Shown: positions 30,216 through 40,772, counted from the stretch's first letter. The stretch is DNA of 64,000 nt from an uncultured Phycisphaerales bacterium (GCA_963758525.1 CAVWVQ010000003.1:2592001-2656000); one strand, 5' to 3'. Notes: generated by a model not told the origin, from the letters alone. Numbers and translations: made by a program.

Positions 30216-32474
30216 ATGAAAGTCACTTTTGGCCACAAGTCCTACCCCTTCCGCCCCTGGAAGCCTGAGATGGGTAAGGTGTTCTCCACGGTGTTCTCGT
30301 TCGACTCAGAAACGACGCTAATCGACACCGACCGCCCCTGGATCACCCCCGCATACGTGATCGGCGCAGTCTGCGGCGTCACCAGGAACGGCGGTGTTGA
30401 AGGTTTTTTTCTTCACCGCCAGCATGTCGCCGCATTCTTCGAGCTGCACCGCAATGTGCTGTTCGTGGCGCACCACGCTACGTTCGATTTGGCGGTCATA
30501 GATGTGGTTGCGCCCCGTCTGGACATCTATGGATGGGTCGACCGAAATCAAGTGTGGGATACGCAACTGCTGCACAAGCTGCTGGCGCTGGCGACTGAGG
30601 GTCATGTCGCCGGGGGCAAAGACCAATCCACACTCGAAACCTGCGTTCAGAAATACCTAGGAGTTGAGTTACCGAAAGACGTGGTGGATTCACGGGGCCA
30701 AGCTGTGCGACTTTCCTACGGACGCTGGTTGCGGGCGGCACCGTCAGAAATCGAGCCCATCTACCTTAATTACTTGGCAAAAGACGCCATCGCCACATTT
30801 CGGCTGTTCCTTGAGCTTCGCCGCCGCCACATTGACATTCTGTACAGTGCTAGTGACACGTGGGGGTTTGTCTCGGAGACGTGGCTCAAACGACAAATCT
30901 GTCTGTGGGGTTTCCAGACGCACCACATTCAGCTTCGCGCCGAGATTGTCCTCGGCAAGATCAGCGGCAACGGTCTGCATCTTGACCTGTCTCGCCGTGA
31001 CGCTCTGGCCGATACATTTGAAAACGTCGTCGTCGAAAAGAAAGAACAGCTCCGTGAATTCGGCTACCTTCCGGGTAAAGGGTCGGAGAAGGCGTTGCAG
31101 GCCATCTTCGCCCGACTGGAACGCAAGAATCCTGGGCTGAATTTTCCAAGAACTGATACGGGGAAGTTTTCCACCGCGCATGATGCGATCCAGGAGCTGT
31201 CAGATCATATCCCGTTTGCCAAGCTCCTGTTGGAATACCGCGAGGTGGAAAAACTGCGGGGGACATTTCTCACCAGAATGGTCAGACCCGTTCTTCATCC
31301 TTCGTTCCGCGCGATGACCCGGTCGGGCCGAGCGTCATCGCATGGTGAAATCAACAGCCAAAATCTTCCCAAGGACGATCGAATCCGCTCCTGTTTTGTG
31401 CCGTCGCCTGGTCACGTATTCATCGATGCGGACTATTCGACAGTCGAGATGGCCACACTCGCCCAGGCTTGCATCGGCCAGTTTGGATTGACATCGGGAA
31501 TGGGCAACGCGATCAATGCGGGCCAGGATCTGCACAAGCTGGTTGCCGCGAGAGTCACTGGCAAGCCGGTGGACCGGATCTCGAAGGCAGAGCGTCAGAA
31601 TGCAAAGCCAATCAATTTCGGCAAGCCCGGCGGGATGTCGAACAGAACATTGAAAGCGTACGCAAAGGCGAATTATGGCGTCGAGTTGACCGAACAAGAG
31701 GTCGAGGAGTTGTCCGATGCCTGGTTTGAACTGTTTCCTGAGATGAAAACATTTCTCAGCGATGAAAACAACCTCGGTCTGGAAATCGCAACACTATTCG
31801 AGCTGACCCCACAGTCGCACCACGAGCACTCCGGCGACACTCGATTTCTTAACCATCCGGAGAACGTAGGCTGTGGTGAACTGCCTCATCCGATTCTCGG
31901 CTGGATGTTGCTCAAGACTTCGGGGAGTCCAGATCCAGTAACACGAGGCAATCGGCCTTACCCAGCTTCCGACATAGACTATTTCTGGAGTGCCGTTGAG
32001 ACTAAAGTGGATCTTCTTCCGAAGAATCTGCGACCAGCCGTTCTCACCCGAAAACCCTCCATTAAGCTGCGGCGGTCGGTGATGGGGTTGGTGGGGCGTG
32101 CCGGTGTTTTCACTTTCACGGGTAGGTTGCGGGCCGACGCCCCCTATTGCGCAAGGCACAACACGGTGTTCCAGGGCCTCGCCGCCGACGGGATGAAGCT
32201 GGCTCTCTGGCTTCTCTTTCGAGCCGGCTACCGAATCGTGAATGTAATCCACGATCAAGTGCTCGTTGAAGTGCCGGCGAACTCGGACCTCAAGGCACAC
32301 GCCGACCGAATCAGGCAACTGATGATCACCGCAATGAAGCTCGTCGTGCCGGATGTCAACATCGACGTGAGCTATGCAGCCACCGACCGTTGGCACAAGG
32401 ATGCTGAGGCAGTATTTGCTCCAGGCGGTAAGCAACTGCTCGTGTGGCGGCCTGCCACCGCAGCCTGTGCGTAA
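30216..32474 (+). CDS. Family A DNA polymerase with 3'-5' exonuclease, no 5'-3' exonuclease
   Basis: Exo FDSET, HHATFDL, YLAKDA; TRSGRAS, NSQNLP; motif A DADYSTVEM; motif B RQNAKPINFG; NTVFQG; motif C IHDQ. Confidence 0.92.
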   Translation: MKVTFGHKSYPFRPWKPEMGKVFSTVFSFDSETTLIDTDRPWITPAYVIGAVCGVTRNGGVEGFFLHRQHVAAFFELHRNVLFVAHHATFDLAVIDVVAPRLDIYGWVDRNQVWDTQLLHKLLALATEGHVAGGKDQSTLETCVQKYLGVELPKDVVDSRGQAVRLSYGRWLRAAPSEIEPIYLNYLAKDAIATFRLFLELRRRHIDILYSASDTWGFVSETWLKRQICLWGFQTHHIQLRAEIVLGKISGNGLHLDLSRRDALADTFENVVVEKKEQLREFGYLPGKGSEKALQAIFARLERKNPGLNFPRTDTGKFSTAHDAIQELSDHIPFAKLLLEYREVEKLRGTFLTRMVRPVLHPSFRAMTRSGRASSHGEINSQNLPKDDRIRSCFVPSPGHVFIDADYSTVEMATLAQACIGQFGLTSGMGNAINAGQDLHKLVAARVTGKPVDRISKAERQNAKPINFGKPGGMSNRTLKAYAKANYGVELTEQEVEELSDAWFELFPEMKTFLSDENNLGLEIATLFELTPQSHHEHSGDTRFLNHPENVGCGELPHPILGWMLLKTSGSPDPVTRGNRPYPASDIDYFWSAVETKVDLLPKNLRPAVLTRKPSIKLRRSVMGLVGRAGVFTFTGRLRADAPYCARHNTVFQGLAADGMKLALWLLFRAGYRIVNVIHDQVLVEVPANSDLKAHADRIRQLMITAMKLVVPDVNIDVSYAATDRWHKDAEAVFAPGGKQLLVWRPATAACA

Positions 32475-33424
32475 CCATGCGATGGTGGGACGCTGGCGGA
32501 GCAAGAATGTTCCCAAGGTAGAAGCAAGAGAGCCACGTCGATCATTGTTCCAGAGCTTGCCCAAAAATAGCGGAACTGAGTTTCCGCGTTCGACGTGCAC
32601 GAACCATAAGCTCGGGCCAGCGGCCTGCCGTCCTTCCACGCCGTAGCCAAACTCATCGCCGTGGCTCGATGACCCCGGCATGAATCGCCTCTTCGAGCCA
32701 AAGATTGAATTGCTCAACGGGGTCGGGCCTGAGGTTGACGCAACGTAAGCAGCCCTGGCGATACTCAGTGCGTATATCTGCCGGATTCATCGATAGCCAA
32801 AAAGTAGCCTCAGGGTGGTTTCAAGTAAACAGAATCGGGCCGACCGAGGGCTGCCGTAACCACGGGGCACCGCACTGAGCCGCCGCATGGCCATGAACCG
32901 AGCCGTTAGCGATCCCGCATGCCCGTCGCGACAGCTCATCGCGCGCCCATAGCCACAGCGCGTCGCGCGGCCTCCACGATCGCAAGCCTGAGACGGTCGT
33001 GGTGGATCCTGACCCACCTGGAACAGTGATCACAAAGCGGGAAATCTCCTCGATCAGCGGACGGCTTACACAGTCGGTCGTGTCAGAGGTAACCCCAGGC
33101 GGGCGGTTTTCGCAATGATGCGGGAGGATCGCGGGCTGAGGTATTGAATGCGCCAGGCATGAAACTGACATTACACCGGCCCTTTCATTGACCCTGTAGA
33201 TTCAAAAACCGTTTTTTGAATTTGCCATCAAGCCGGAGCTAGGTGGAAATGCAAGTTGCCGGTTAGACTGAAGTTATGCAGACGCGCGAGACCGATGTCC
33301 GGCGTTCTGTTCTCGACGCTTCGCTGGGTCGCGATGTGCAAACGCCGTCAAGCATGTGGCCGCAACAAGAGCGTTCTCGTGGCAAGCGGGGATCACGGGA
33401 AATGTAGTACAAGGAAACAGAACA

Positions 33425-33760
33425 GTGACGTGGGAAAAACGCGGTAATCACTCGTACGTGTATCGCAGCGCTCGCATGCCTGATGGGCGGGTGAAGAAGG
33501 AGTACATCGGCCACGGCCTGGTCGCCGCCAACGCCGAGCGAGAGGCAGCGATGAGTGTTGCCGCTCGTAAAGCCGATCAAGTGGCAGCCGAGCACCTGCA
33601 TGCGGAGCTTGAGCCCGCGGATCAGCTCACGGATGAGCTGGAGGTGGGAGTAAATCAGCTGGTTGAGGCACACTTACTCGTCGCGGGGTGGCATAAACAT
33701 CACGGGACATGGAGGCATAGACGTGACAGAAACAAGCACAGAGCCGTCCAAGAAAGATGA
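33425..33760 (+). CDS. Hypothetical protein (mobile-element associated)
   Basis: GTG start with AAGGA RBS; WEKRGNHSYVYRSAR..GRVKKEYIG. Confidence 0.65.
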   Translation: MTWEKRGNHSYVYRSARMPDGRVKKEYIGHGLVAANAEREAAMSVAARKADQVAAEHLHAELEPADQLTDELEVGVNQLVEAHLLVAGWHKHHGTWRHRRDRNKHRAVQER

Positions 33761-34391
33761 AAAGCCGAAGTTGTCGCCGCTGCAGGCGGTATTGGAGTTG
33801 GCACGCCGCGGCAAAACTGAGATCCTTCCAGAATTGGCGAAGATTCTGGATCAGCATCCCGAGATCTGGAAAGCTCAAGGAGACCTGGCGCGGTTGGTCG
33901 AGCAGTCGTGGCTGGATCGCATTTGCCGCAAAGACCTTCTCCACGGTCAAAGCGTCCGCCGGCAGCTTGAGGAGATGCGCCGGGAACTGGCGGGCGAAAC
34001 TCCCACACGTCTGGAGCGGGTGGTGGTGGACAGGATTATCGTTGCGTGGCTCGCTGCTCAACATGCAGAGCTGACGGAAGCAACATCCCAGGGTGACGGC
34101 GTCAAGCTCAGCGAACTGTGCCTCAAGCGGATGGAAAGTGCGAATCGCAGGATGCTGGCGGCCGTCCGGTCACTGGCTCAGGTGAGGCGTATGGCAGCGG
34201 GGTTGCGTGTGGAGATCCACCACGCCACCGCAGAGACTGCGCCGTTGCGCCCGGCAGCCGCGGTGCCGCACTGCGTTCAGCCGACTGCGCCGGGCAGTGA
34301 GGGCGCGGCATCAGCACACGATCGGCTCAATGCGTTGTTCGGGCGCGAGGTTGCGGCCGAGAAAGCAATGGTGCAGGAAGTGCCGATATGA
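33723..34391 (+). CDS. Hypothetical alpha-helical protein (mobile-element associated)
   Basis: GGAGG RBS; PEIWKAQGDLA..ELAGETPTRLERVVVDRIIVAWL..RRMLAAVRSLAQVRR. Confidence 0.65.
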   Translation: MTETSTEPSKKDEKPKLSPLQAVLELARRGKTEILPELAKILDQHPEIWKAQGDLARLVEQSWLDRICRKDLLHGQSVRRQLEEMRRELAGETPTRLERVVVDRIIVAWLAAQHAELTEATSQGDGVKLSELCLKRMESANRRMLAAVRSLAQVRRMAAGLRVEIHHATAETAPLRPAAAVPHCVQPTAPGSEGAASAHDRLNALFGREVAAEKAMVQEVPI

Positions 34392-34449
34392 CCACTGACG
34401 ACTTGACGGCGGCCGCCTTACGCAACGCACCGGGGATTTTCGATGTAGA

Positions 34450-34854
34450 TCAATCCTTCAGCTTCAGCTCTTCAAACTTCAGCCTCGGATTGATGAGATG
34501 ACCCACACCGTTCTCGATGGGCTTCAGTAAACCATTGACCAAGTCTGCGACCGTAAGATATTCCGCAGGTAGCCATTGATCAGGGTTGGCGTCGTAACGA
34601 GTAACGCGGGAGATGCGGTACAAATCAAGATATTGTTGCCGAACAGATGCAAACGATCCGTTCGTTCGCACCTGGTCATTCCGTTGAGCGTGATCGCATA
34701 CCTGGACGTCGAGACTGTCGAGAGCGGCGTCGATCAGGTGGAGGGCGGTGTAAAAAATAGCGGTGATCTGCCAGTCGCGGTAATTGCCGTCAATGGAACG
34801 GGCAAAACGGCGATTATGCTTCCATTGGTCGATGTGTTCCTGTGCGGTGGCCAT
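34450..34854 (-). CDS. HEPN-like protein
   Basis: EHIDQWKHN, DWQITAIFYTALH, HAQR, YLDLYRISRVTRY. Confidence 0.7.
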   Translation of the reverse strand: MATAQEHIDQWKHNRRFARSIDGNYRDWQITAIFYTALHLIDAALDSLDVQVCDHAQRNDQVRTNGSFASVRQQYLDLYRISRVTRYDANPDQWLPAEYLTVADLVNGLLKPIENGVGHLINPRLKFEELKLKD

Positions 34855-34878
34855 TCTCGCAGCGTTCCCCCCACATGA

Positions 34879-35358
34879 TCAGGCTGGCGATTGGCTGACC
34901 CAGACCATCAGCGATGCTTCGCTGACGAATCTATCCATTGATCGTTCAGGAACTTGAAGGCTTTCGACGAGTCCGATCCCGAAATTTCCGCCTAGTTCCA
35001 CCTCAAGCTCTGTCATGCCGCCACCGAGCCGGAGGTCATAGCGAGCAGAGGTCGGCACAAAATAGAAGACCACTTTGTTGGAGCGCACATCCACGAGCGC
35101 AGAGCGAACGGCATCGGCGTGATCGTCACAAAACTTTCTGACGCGGGTGATCGCCGCACGAAAATTTGCAGTCCAGAGCAACTTGTTCTTGAGAAGCCGG
35201 CTGCCCTCGAATAACTGCTGGGCAGTCTGCTCCATCGAAGTGCCGTCAGTTTCGATCAGGCGATATTTCCGATGCGCTTCCTGAGCGTGGATCTCATGTA
35301 CGGTTGCTGCTGCTCGCTCAACTTCCGAGCCCACTTCCGTTCGCGTCTTGTCGCTCAT
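34879..35358 (-). CDS. Hypothetical protein, putative antitoxin partner of the HEPN-like gene
   Basis: Directly upstream of and co-oriented with the HEPN-like gene. Confidence 0.5.
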   Translation of the reverse strand: MSDKTRTEVGSEVERAAATVHEIHAQEAHRKYRLIETDGTSMEQTAQQLFEGSRLLKNKLLWTANFRAAITRVRKFCDDHADAVRSALVDVRSNKVVFYFVPTSARYDLRLGGGMTELEVELGGNFGIGLVESLQVPERSMDRFVSEASLMVWVSQSPA

Positions 35359-35786
35359 TATACTCATTATCATCGGCATCCATGCCACGATCACGCGATC
35401 CGTCGACCGCTTTCGGTATGTCCAACAATAGCGACAACGTTACGACTGGTGCCACATGGTGTCAACCTTTATACCGCCGCGTCAGTTATCCAAACGCCAA
35501 TTCGAACGTTAAACTGTGACGGTTATTCCAGTGCGACCTGCTGGACTGCTGTGCCTGGTGTCGAATTGTCGGCCGGGCTCTTGGGCAGTCGCCAGCCATC
35601 CGTCCCCACGGACCACACGCGTCGTGACGGGTGAACTCGATCTCGAAGCTCGCTGGCTCGCTTGACCCTCGACCAAGATGCATTTTTTCATGAATTCTAA
35701 TGCAGCAACAATTCACGCGACGCGACGTTAGTAATTGAGTGGATGTGAACAGGCGACGTGCTCGTGTCCTGTCTGGCGGAGGTCCA

Positions 35787-37547
35787 ATGCGGAAGACGCG
35801 GAAGTGGCGTTTCAACGGCTTGCATTTTGTGGCCGTGGGCATCGTGACCGGGATCTCGTTGCTGCTACCCGCATTAGTTCTGGCTGCGGTCCCGGCAACG
35901 GCCCCCACGGCAGATTCCCCGGCGATCATCGCGAGCGAGAACGCCTGGAGCAGCGATGACGCCGCCCACCTGCTGCGGCGGGCCGGGTTCGGCGGGACTC
36001 CAGCGCAGATCGACGCGCTCCATGAGATGGGCCGTGACGCGGCGGTCGATTACCTTCTGACCGGTCAAACGCCTGCAGGAACGCAGACCGTATTTGCCAA
36101 GACGGATCTGCCAGAGTTCGTCCCGTCCCCGCCGATGGATGCAGTCGCGATCAAAGCTCAGGAGCAGCTGCAGGCCGCCCGAAAGGCAGCTAAGCTGGCG
36201 GCGCAGACCCCGCAAACGCAGCCGGCGCAGGTCGCCACAACCCAGGTCTCCGCGCCGGCCACGACTCAGCCCAACCTGGCTTTGAAGAAGCAGCTCCAGA
36301 AAGCAAACCGCCAGAACGATCGGGGAGATCTCCAGCGCCTTCGGACCTGGTGGGTGGACCGCATGATTCGCACTGACAGCCCGCTGGAAGAAAAGATGAC
36401 TCTCTTCTGGCATGGCCTGTTCACCAGCGGCGAAAAGGAAGTCCGTTCCGCGGCGTTCATGGAGCAGGAGATCGACCTGTTCCACCGCCAGGCATTGGGC
36501 AACTACAAGAAGCTCACCGACGACGTGGTCCATGCTCCGGCCATGCTCAGATACCTGAACAACGAACAAAATGTCGCCGGGAAGCCAAACGAAAACCTCG
36601 CCCGCGAGCTGATGGAATTGTTCACCATGGGCGAAGGACAGGGATACACCGAGGCGGACATCAAAGAAGTGGCGCGTGCATTAACCGGGCTTGCCCCGGC
36701 GGGCGGGAAGGGAGCTGCGGCGGCAAACGACACTGCTGTGGCGCTCCGGCCGAAAGCTCACGACTCGGGCATGAAGACGATCTTCGGAAAGAGCGGCAAC
36801 TTCGGTCCGGACGATGTAGTGAACCTGATCTTCAGTCGCCCGGAACCAGCGCGGCATTTGGCCCGGAAGCTCTGGGAATTCTACGCCTACCCTGATCCCA
36901 GCGATGCCGACCTCGCTCCTGTCGTCACTGCGCTCGAGCAGAATAACTACGAACTCAAACCGGCGCTGCGGGCGCTGTTCACCAGCCCGGCGTTCTACGG
37001 AGAAAAGGCCAAGTTCGCTCTGATCAAAAGCCCAGCCGAGCTGATGGTCGAGGAAGTCCGCGAACTGGGAATCACGCCGAGTCAGGAGCAGGACACTTAC
37101 ATTCAGCTACAGCTCAAGGGCATGGACCAGGAGCTGCTCCAGCCGCCGAACGTGCGCGGCTGGGTCGGTGGTGACAACTGGATCACCGCCGCGACGCTGT
37201 TCACCCGTTACAACGCATGCAGCGCCGTGGTCAACGGCGCGTTTAAGCGTGGAGGCAAAGTTCGGAAGACCAAGGTGATCGATGTGGTCTACGACTCCAC
37301 TGCAACCGCTGGGGCCGTTACCCCGGCAAAGCTCTTCGCATCCCTGGGCGATACCCCGGTGCCCGACAAAGTGGTGGATGCGGCCATCGATCGCTTCCTC
37401 CAGCGGCCTCTCGCCGCCGACAAGCGTGATGCACTGCTCGACGTCATTGGCCGCGAACCATTGCACATGGGTGATGCCGCAAGTGATACGCGCGTTCGTC
37501 AAATGATCTGCCTGCTATTGAGCACCCCCGAGTACCAAGTCCATTGA
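35787..37547 (+). CDS. DUF1800 family protein
   Basis: AAHLLRRAGFG, LEEKMTLFWHG, PAMLRYLNN, PNENLARELMELFTMG, PPNVRGW, LLLSTPEYQ. Confidence 0.93.
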   Translation: MRKTRKWRFNGLHFVAVGIVTGISLLLPALVLAAVPATAPTADSPAIIASENAWSSDDAAHLLRRAGFGGTPAQIDALHEMGRDAAVDYLLTGQTPAGTQTVFAKTDLPEFVPSPPMDAVAIKAQEQLQAARKAAKLAAQTPQTQPAQVATTQVSAPATTQPNLALKKQLQKANRQNDRGDLQRLRTWWVDRMIRTDSPLEEKMTLFWHGLFTSGEKEVRSAAFMEQEIDLFHRQALGNYKKLTDDVVHAPAMLRYLNNEQNVAGKPNENLARELMELFTMGEGQGYTEADIKEVARALTGLAPAGGKGAAAANDTAVALRPKAHDSGMKTIFGKSGNFGPDDVVNLIFSRPEPARHLARKLWEFYAYPDPSDADLAPVVTALEQNNYELKPALRALFTSPAFYGEKAKFALIKSPAELMVEEVRELGITPSQEQDTYIQLQLKGMDQELLQPPNVRGWVGGDNWITAATLFTRYNACSAVVNGAFKRGGKVRKTKVIDVVYDSTATAGAVTPAKLFASLGDTPVPDKVVDAAIDRFLQRPLAADKRDALLDVIGREPLHMGDAASDTRVRQMICLLLSTPEYQVH

Positions 37548-37568
37548 ACCTCTCTCCAAAGGTCCGCC

Positions 37569-38945
37569 ATGTCTTCCAACCCCTTTTTTTATTCGCGACG
37601 TGCGTTCCTGAACCAGGGCGTACAGCTTCTGAGCGCTGCTGCAACGTTGCCGCTGTTTCTGGATCGGACATCCCGGGCTCTGGCAGCGGATTTCGCGGCC
37701 AACCCGCAAGGCAATGGCCGGCCGGATAACGTCTTAGTCATCGTGCAGATGGCTGGTGGCAACGACGGTCTGAATACGGTCGTCCCGGTGCGGAACGACG
37801 ACTATTACAAGGCGAGACCAACCTTGGCGATTTCCCGCACGGAAGCCCTCCATGCTACCGATGATTTCGGCTTCCACCCCAGCGCGACCGGGTTCAAAAA
37901 AATGTGGGACGACGGGCACCTGGCGGTCCTCCACTCGGTGGGCTACCCGAATCACAACCGTTCGCACTTCCGCAGCACCGACATCTGGCAGACGGCCGAG
38001 CCGGAGAAGGTGGCGTCATCCGGATGGCTCGGGCGGTACTTTGACGCCTGTTGCTCCGGTGAGGATCCCGGTCATGAACCGCAGCCCAAAGCCGCCGATC
38101 CGAATGCCGCGATCGCCCTGACCGCGGAGCCTCCCACGACGCTCATCGGCAGAAAGTTCATCCCGCTGGCCTTCCGGTCACCCGCCGAGCTGACCTTCTC
38201 CGCCGCAGCCGGCAACGATCGCCTCAAGACTGCCTTCGAGCGCCTGAACAGCGACATCGGGCTGCATGATCCGATCAACGATGCCGACCACATGGCACCG
38301 GGAAGTGGCACCATCCACATTCCCCGCGGCTCCGAAACGTCCGTTCAGACGGATGATTTCCTGCAGCGCTCTGCTCTCAACGCGCGGGTCTACGCCGACA
38401 CGATCAAGCACTCCGTCGCGACCGTGCAGAACAAGGTTGCCTATCCAGCCTCCCCGTTCGCGGTGGAACTCAAGCTGGTGGCCCAGATGATCGCCGCCGG
38501 GCTCCCGACGCGCGTCTACTATGTGCAGATTGGCGGATTCGATACGCACTCGGGCCAGAAGCAGCGTCACGTCAAACTGATGAGTGATCTGAGCGGCAGC
38601 CTGGCGGCGTTCGTCGATGACCTCAAGGCCCTGGGCCACCTCGATCGCACAACCGTCATGACCTTCAGCGAATTCGGCCGTCGCGTCCACGAAAATGGCA
38701 GCGGCACCGATCACGGCGAAGCTGCGCCGCTCTTCGTCATGGGCACCGCCATCAAGCCCGGCTTCCACGGTGCCGACCCGGAACTCCGCCCCGACAAACT
38801 ACACCGCGGCGACGTCCCCTTCGGCCAGGACTTCCGCAGTCTCTACGCCACCATGCTCGGGCAGTGGCTCCGCGCGGACGATGCGAAAGTGCTCGGGCAA
38901 AGTTTCCCGCGACTCGATCTGTTCCAGCAGGAACGCGTGGGATGA
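37569..38945 (+). CDS. DUF1501 family protein (Tat signal)
   Basis: SRRAFL, QMAGGNDGLNTVVP, YPNHNRSHFRS, GGFDTH, FSEFGRR..ENGSGTDHG. Confidence 0.93.
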   Translation: MSSNPFFYSRRAFLNQGVQLLSAAATLPLFLDRTSRALAADFAANPQGNGRPDNVLVIVQMAGGNDGLNTVVPVRNDDYYKARPTLAISRTEALHATDDFGFHPSATGFKKMWDDGHLAVLHSVGYPNHNRSHFRSTDIWQTAEPEKVASSGWLGRYFDACCSGEDPGHEPQPKAADPNAAIALTAEPPTTLIGRKFIPLAFRSPAELTFSAAAGNDRLKTAFERLNSDIGLHDPINDADHMAPGSGTIHIPRGSETSVQTDDFLQRSALNARVYADTIKHSVATVQNKVAYPASPFAVELKLVAQMIAAGLPTRVYYVQIGGFDTHSGQKQRHVKLMSDLSGSLAAFVDDLKALGHLDRTTVMTFSEFGRRVHENGSGTDHGEAAPLFVMGTAIKPGFHGADPELRPDKLHRGDVPFGQDFRSLYATMLGQWLRADDAKVLGQSFPRLDLFQQERVG

Positions 38946-39443
38946 GGCTACGGTTCAGACGTCATCGTCTTTCGGATCCGGAACACAAACCGAAATCTTC
39001 TACGTTCTCAACCCAGTATGGGAGCTCGAATGAATTGCCCCTTGACTGATCAAATGACCGAGTACGGAAGTTGCGATGGGGGCGTATCCCGGGCGTTTCC
39101 CATTTTTTCTCAGATTCCAGTTTGCCCACGCTTCAGGCTGCTCGCTCGTCAAATCGTCACGGGTCATGGGGAAGCGTAGGCGATGAATTCACAGCGGGGA
39201 TGTCGAGAAAGCGGGAATAGCTTTGCCACCGTCAAACGCCAACGTATCTTCACCGTCTGGCCCGCAGCTACCCCGTCGAGGTTTCCCCCCCTTTCCTTGG
39301 CACCTACGGGCTTTTTCATGCGCCAAATGTGAAATGCCTTGGGAGATACAGACCCAAGCGCCTCGTCGTGCTTGCTGCTCTGTGGCCAGCTTCAGACCCG
39401 TGTGATGGCGTCATCCTGTGCGTGGCGTGTAAGATCAGTCGTC

Positions 39444-40070
39444 ATGAGCAAATCTCGGATCATCGCCCTGCTTGTCGTCTGTGCGAACGTCACTGCCTTG
39501 GCTGCCGATACGCCAGCGACTGCACCAGCTGCCATATCTGACCTCTCAACGCCCGTGGCAGCCGTCATTACATATTTTCAAGCAGTGGATCGCCATGATG
39601 CCGCCGCCGCCAAAGCAGCAGCAGTGATCGATGCGCAAAACGAGAAGTTCATCGACGGGGTGATCGCCGAGCTTGCCGCACAGCAAAAGTACCGAGACGC
39701 CGCAGTGAAGAAATTTGGCGCTGACAGACGCCTCTCGCATTTAGGCTCCTCAGCGATGCTGATAGGTTTGGCAAAGGACGGTCAAGTTCACGAGAAAGGG
39801 GACGTTGCTGACATCGGCGAGCACGGTGACTTTCCATGCCGGAGATTTGACGGGAAATGGCATCTCGATTTGATTCGTCAAAACGCTGACGGCAAGCTCT
39901 TGGACGAGACAATCCTTTACCTGAGCAAATCCGCTGAGGTCTACAACAGCTTTGCATCTCAAGTTGACACGGGCGACTGGAAGTCATTGGACGAGGTGGA
40001 GAAAGCGAGAATCGCTGCAGCGCCGAAACCGCCAGAGCCGCCAGATTCCAATAACGGATCGCCTTCTTGA
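39444..40070 (+). CDS. Secreted hypothetical protein
   Basis: Signal peptide MSKSRIIALLVVCANVTALA; DLSTPVAAV, DGKWHLD. Confidence 0.6.
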   Translation: MSKSRIIALLVVCANVTALAADTPATAPAAISDLSTPVAAVITYFQAVDRHDAAAAKAAAVIDAQNEKFIDGVIAELAAQQKYRDAAVKKFGADRRLSHLGSSAMLIGLAKDGQVHEKGDVADIGEHGDFPCRRFDGKWHLDLIRQNADGKLLDETILYLSKSAEVYNSFASQVDTGDWKSLDEVEKARIAAAPKPPEPPDSNNGSPS

Positions 40071-40148
40071 CGGCGCTGGATGGATTAGCGCTGAAGCCTC
40101 GGACTAAGCCCATCAAGCAATCCTCCTTCAGTATTGGCCAGTTCGTTC

Positions 40149-40523
40149 ATGCTCCAAGAGCATCTCCAACTCAACTACCCGAATCGGCTCCCAGTCTGGC
40201 ATCAACGACGAGCAGTAAAGTGGGCGCTTGCCACGTCAATATTTGCGACGTTGATGTGTGTGCTTTGGTGGACATGGAATTCTGCCCTCGGTGATTGGGT
40301 GAGGTTTAGGTACTGGGAACACCGCTGCGAACGGTATTCGGCGTCGCCTGAGACAATGATATATTCTACTGACCCAGCGGTGCTACGCAGGAACGCCGTC
40401 GTGAATTCGCCATGGCGGTTGCCCGCCTTCTTCGGGGCACGTAGCTCCGTCTTGCCGGTAAAGATGTCGAGTTCGTACAGGGACGGCACTCGGAACTTCC
40501 ACAGCATCCATTCGGGGATGTAG
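40149..40523 (+). CDS. Hypothetical membrane-anchored protein, probably truncated
   Basis: One TM segment followed by RYWEHRCERY. Confidence 0.4.
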   Translation: MLQEHLQLNYPNRLPVWHQRRAVKWALATSIFATLMCVLWWTWNSALGDWVRFRYWEHRCERYSASPETMIYSTDPAVLRRNAVVNSPWRLPAFFGARSSVLPVKMSSSYRDGTRNFHSIHSGM

Positions 40524-40772
40524 TGCGTGATTTGGCTCTTCGGCTGACTCATGGTGAGACCATCCGTCCAGAAAACCTAGCCTAACCAAAGGTAACAGAC
40601 AGCAGTGAGAGCATGTAGTCGATTGCGACGCAGCACTGACGCAGTGCTGAGTCGCTGGAGTAAAATGGAGTGCCGAATCGGCAAGTGCTACGTTGCGTTA
40701 GTCATTTCGGGGACAGAACGTGCCAGGGACGAGGCCCGCTGCACCCAGAAACAAAGACAAAGGATATGTATC

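Noticed and set aside
32475..33424. About 950-bp gap after PolA as an ncRNA or hidden gene
   Set aside because: No convincing ORF, RBS or structured repeat recognised; would need an Infernal/HMM search
35450..35464. TGCCA-catgg-TGTCA as a sixth WYL box
   Set aside because: Spacer is 5 nt rather than 6; may be chance
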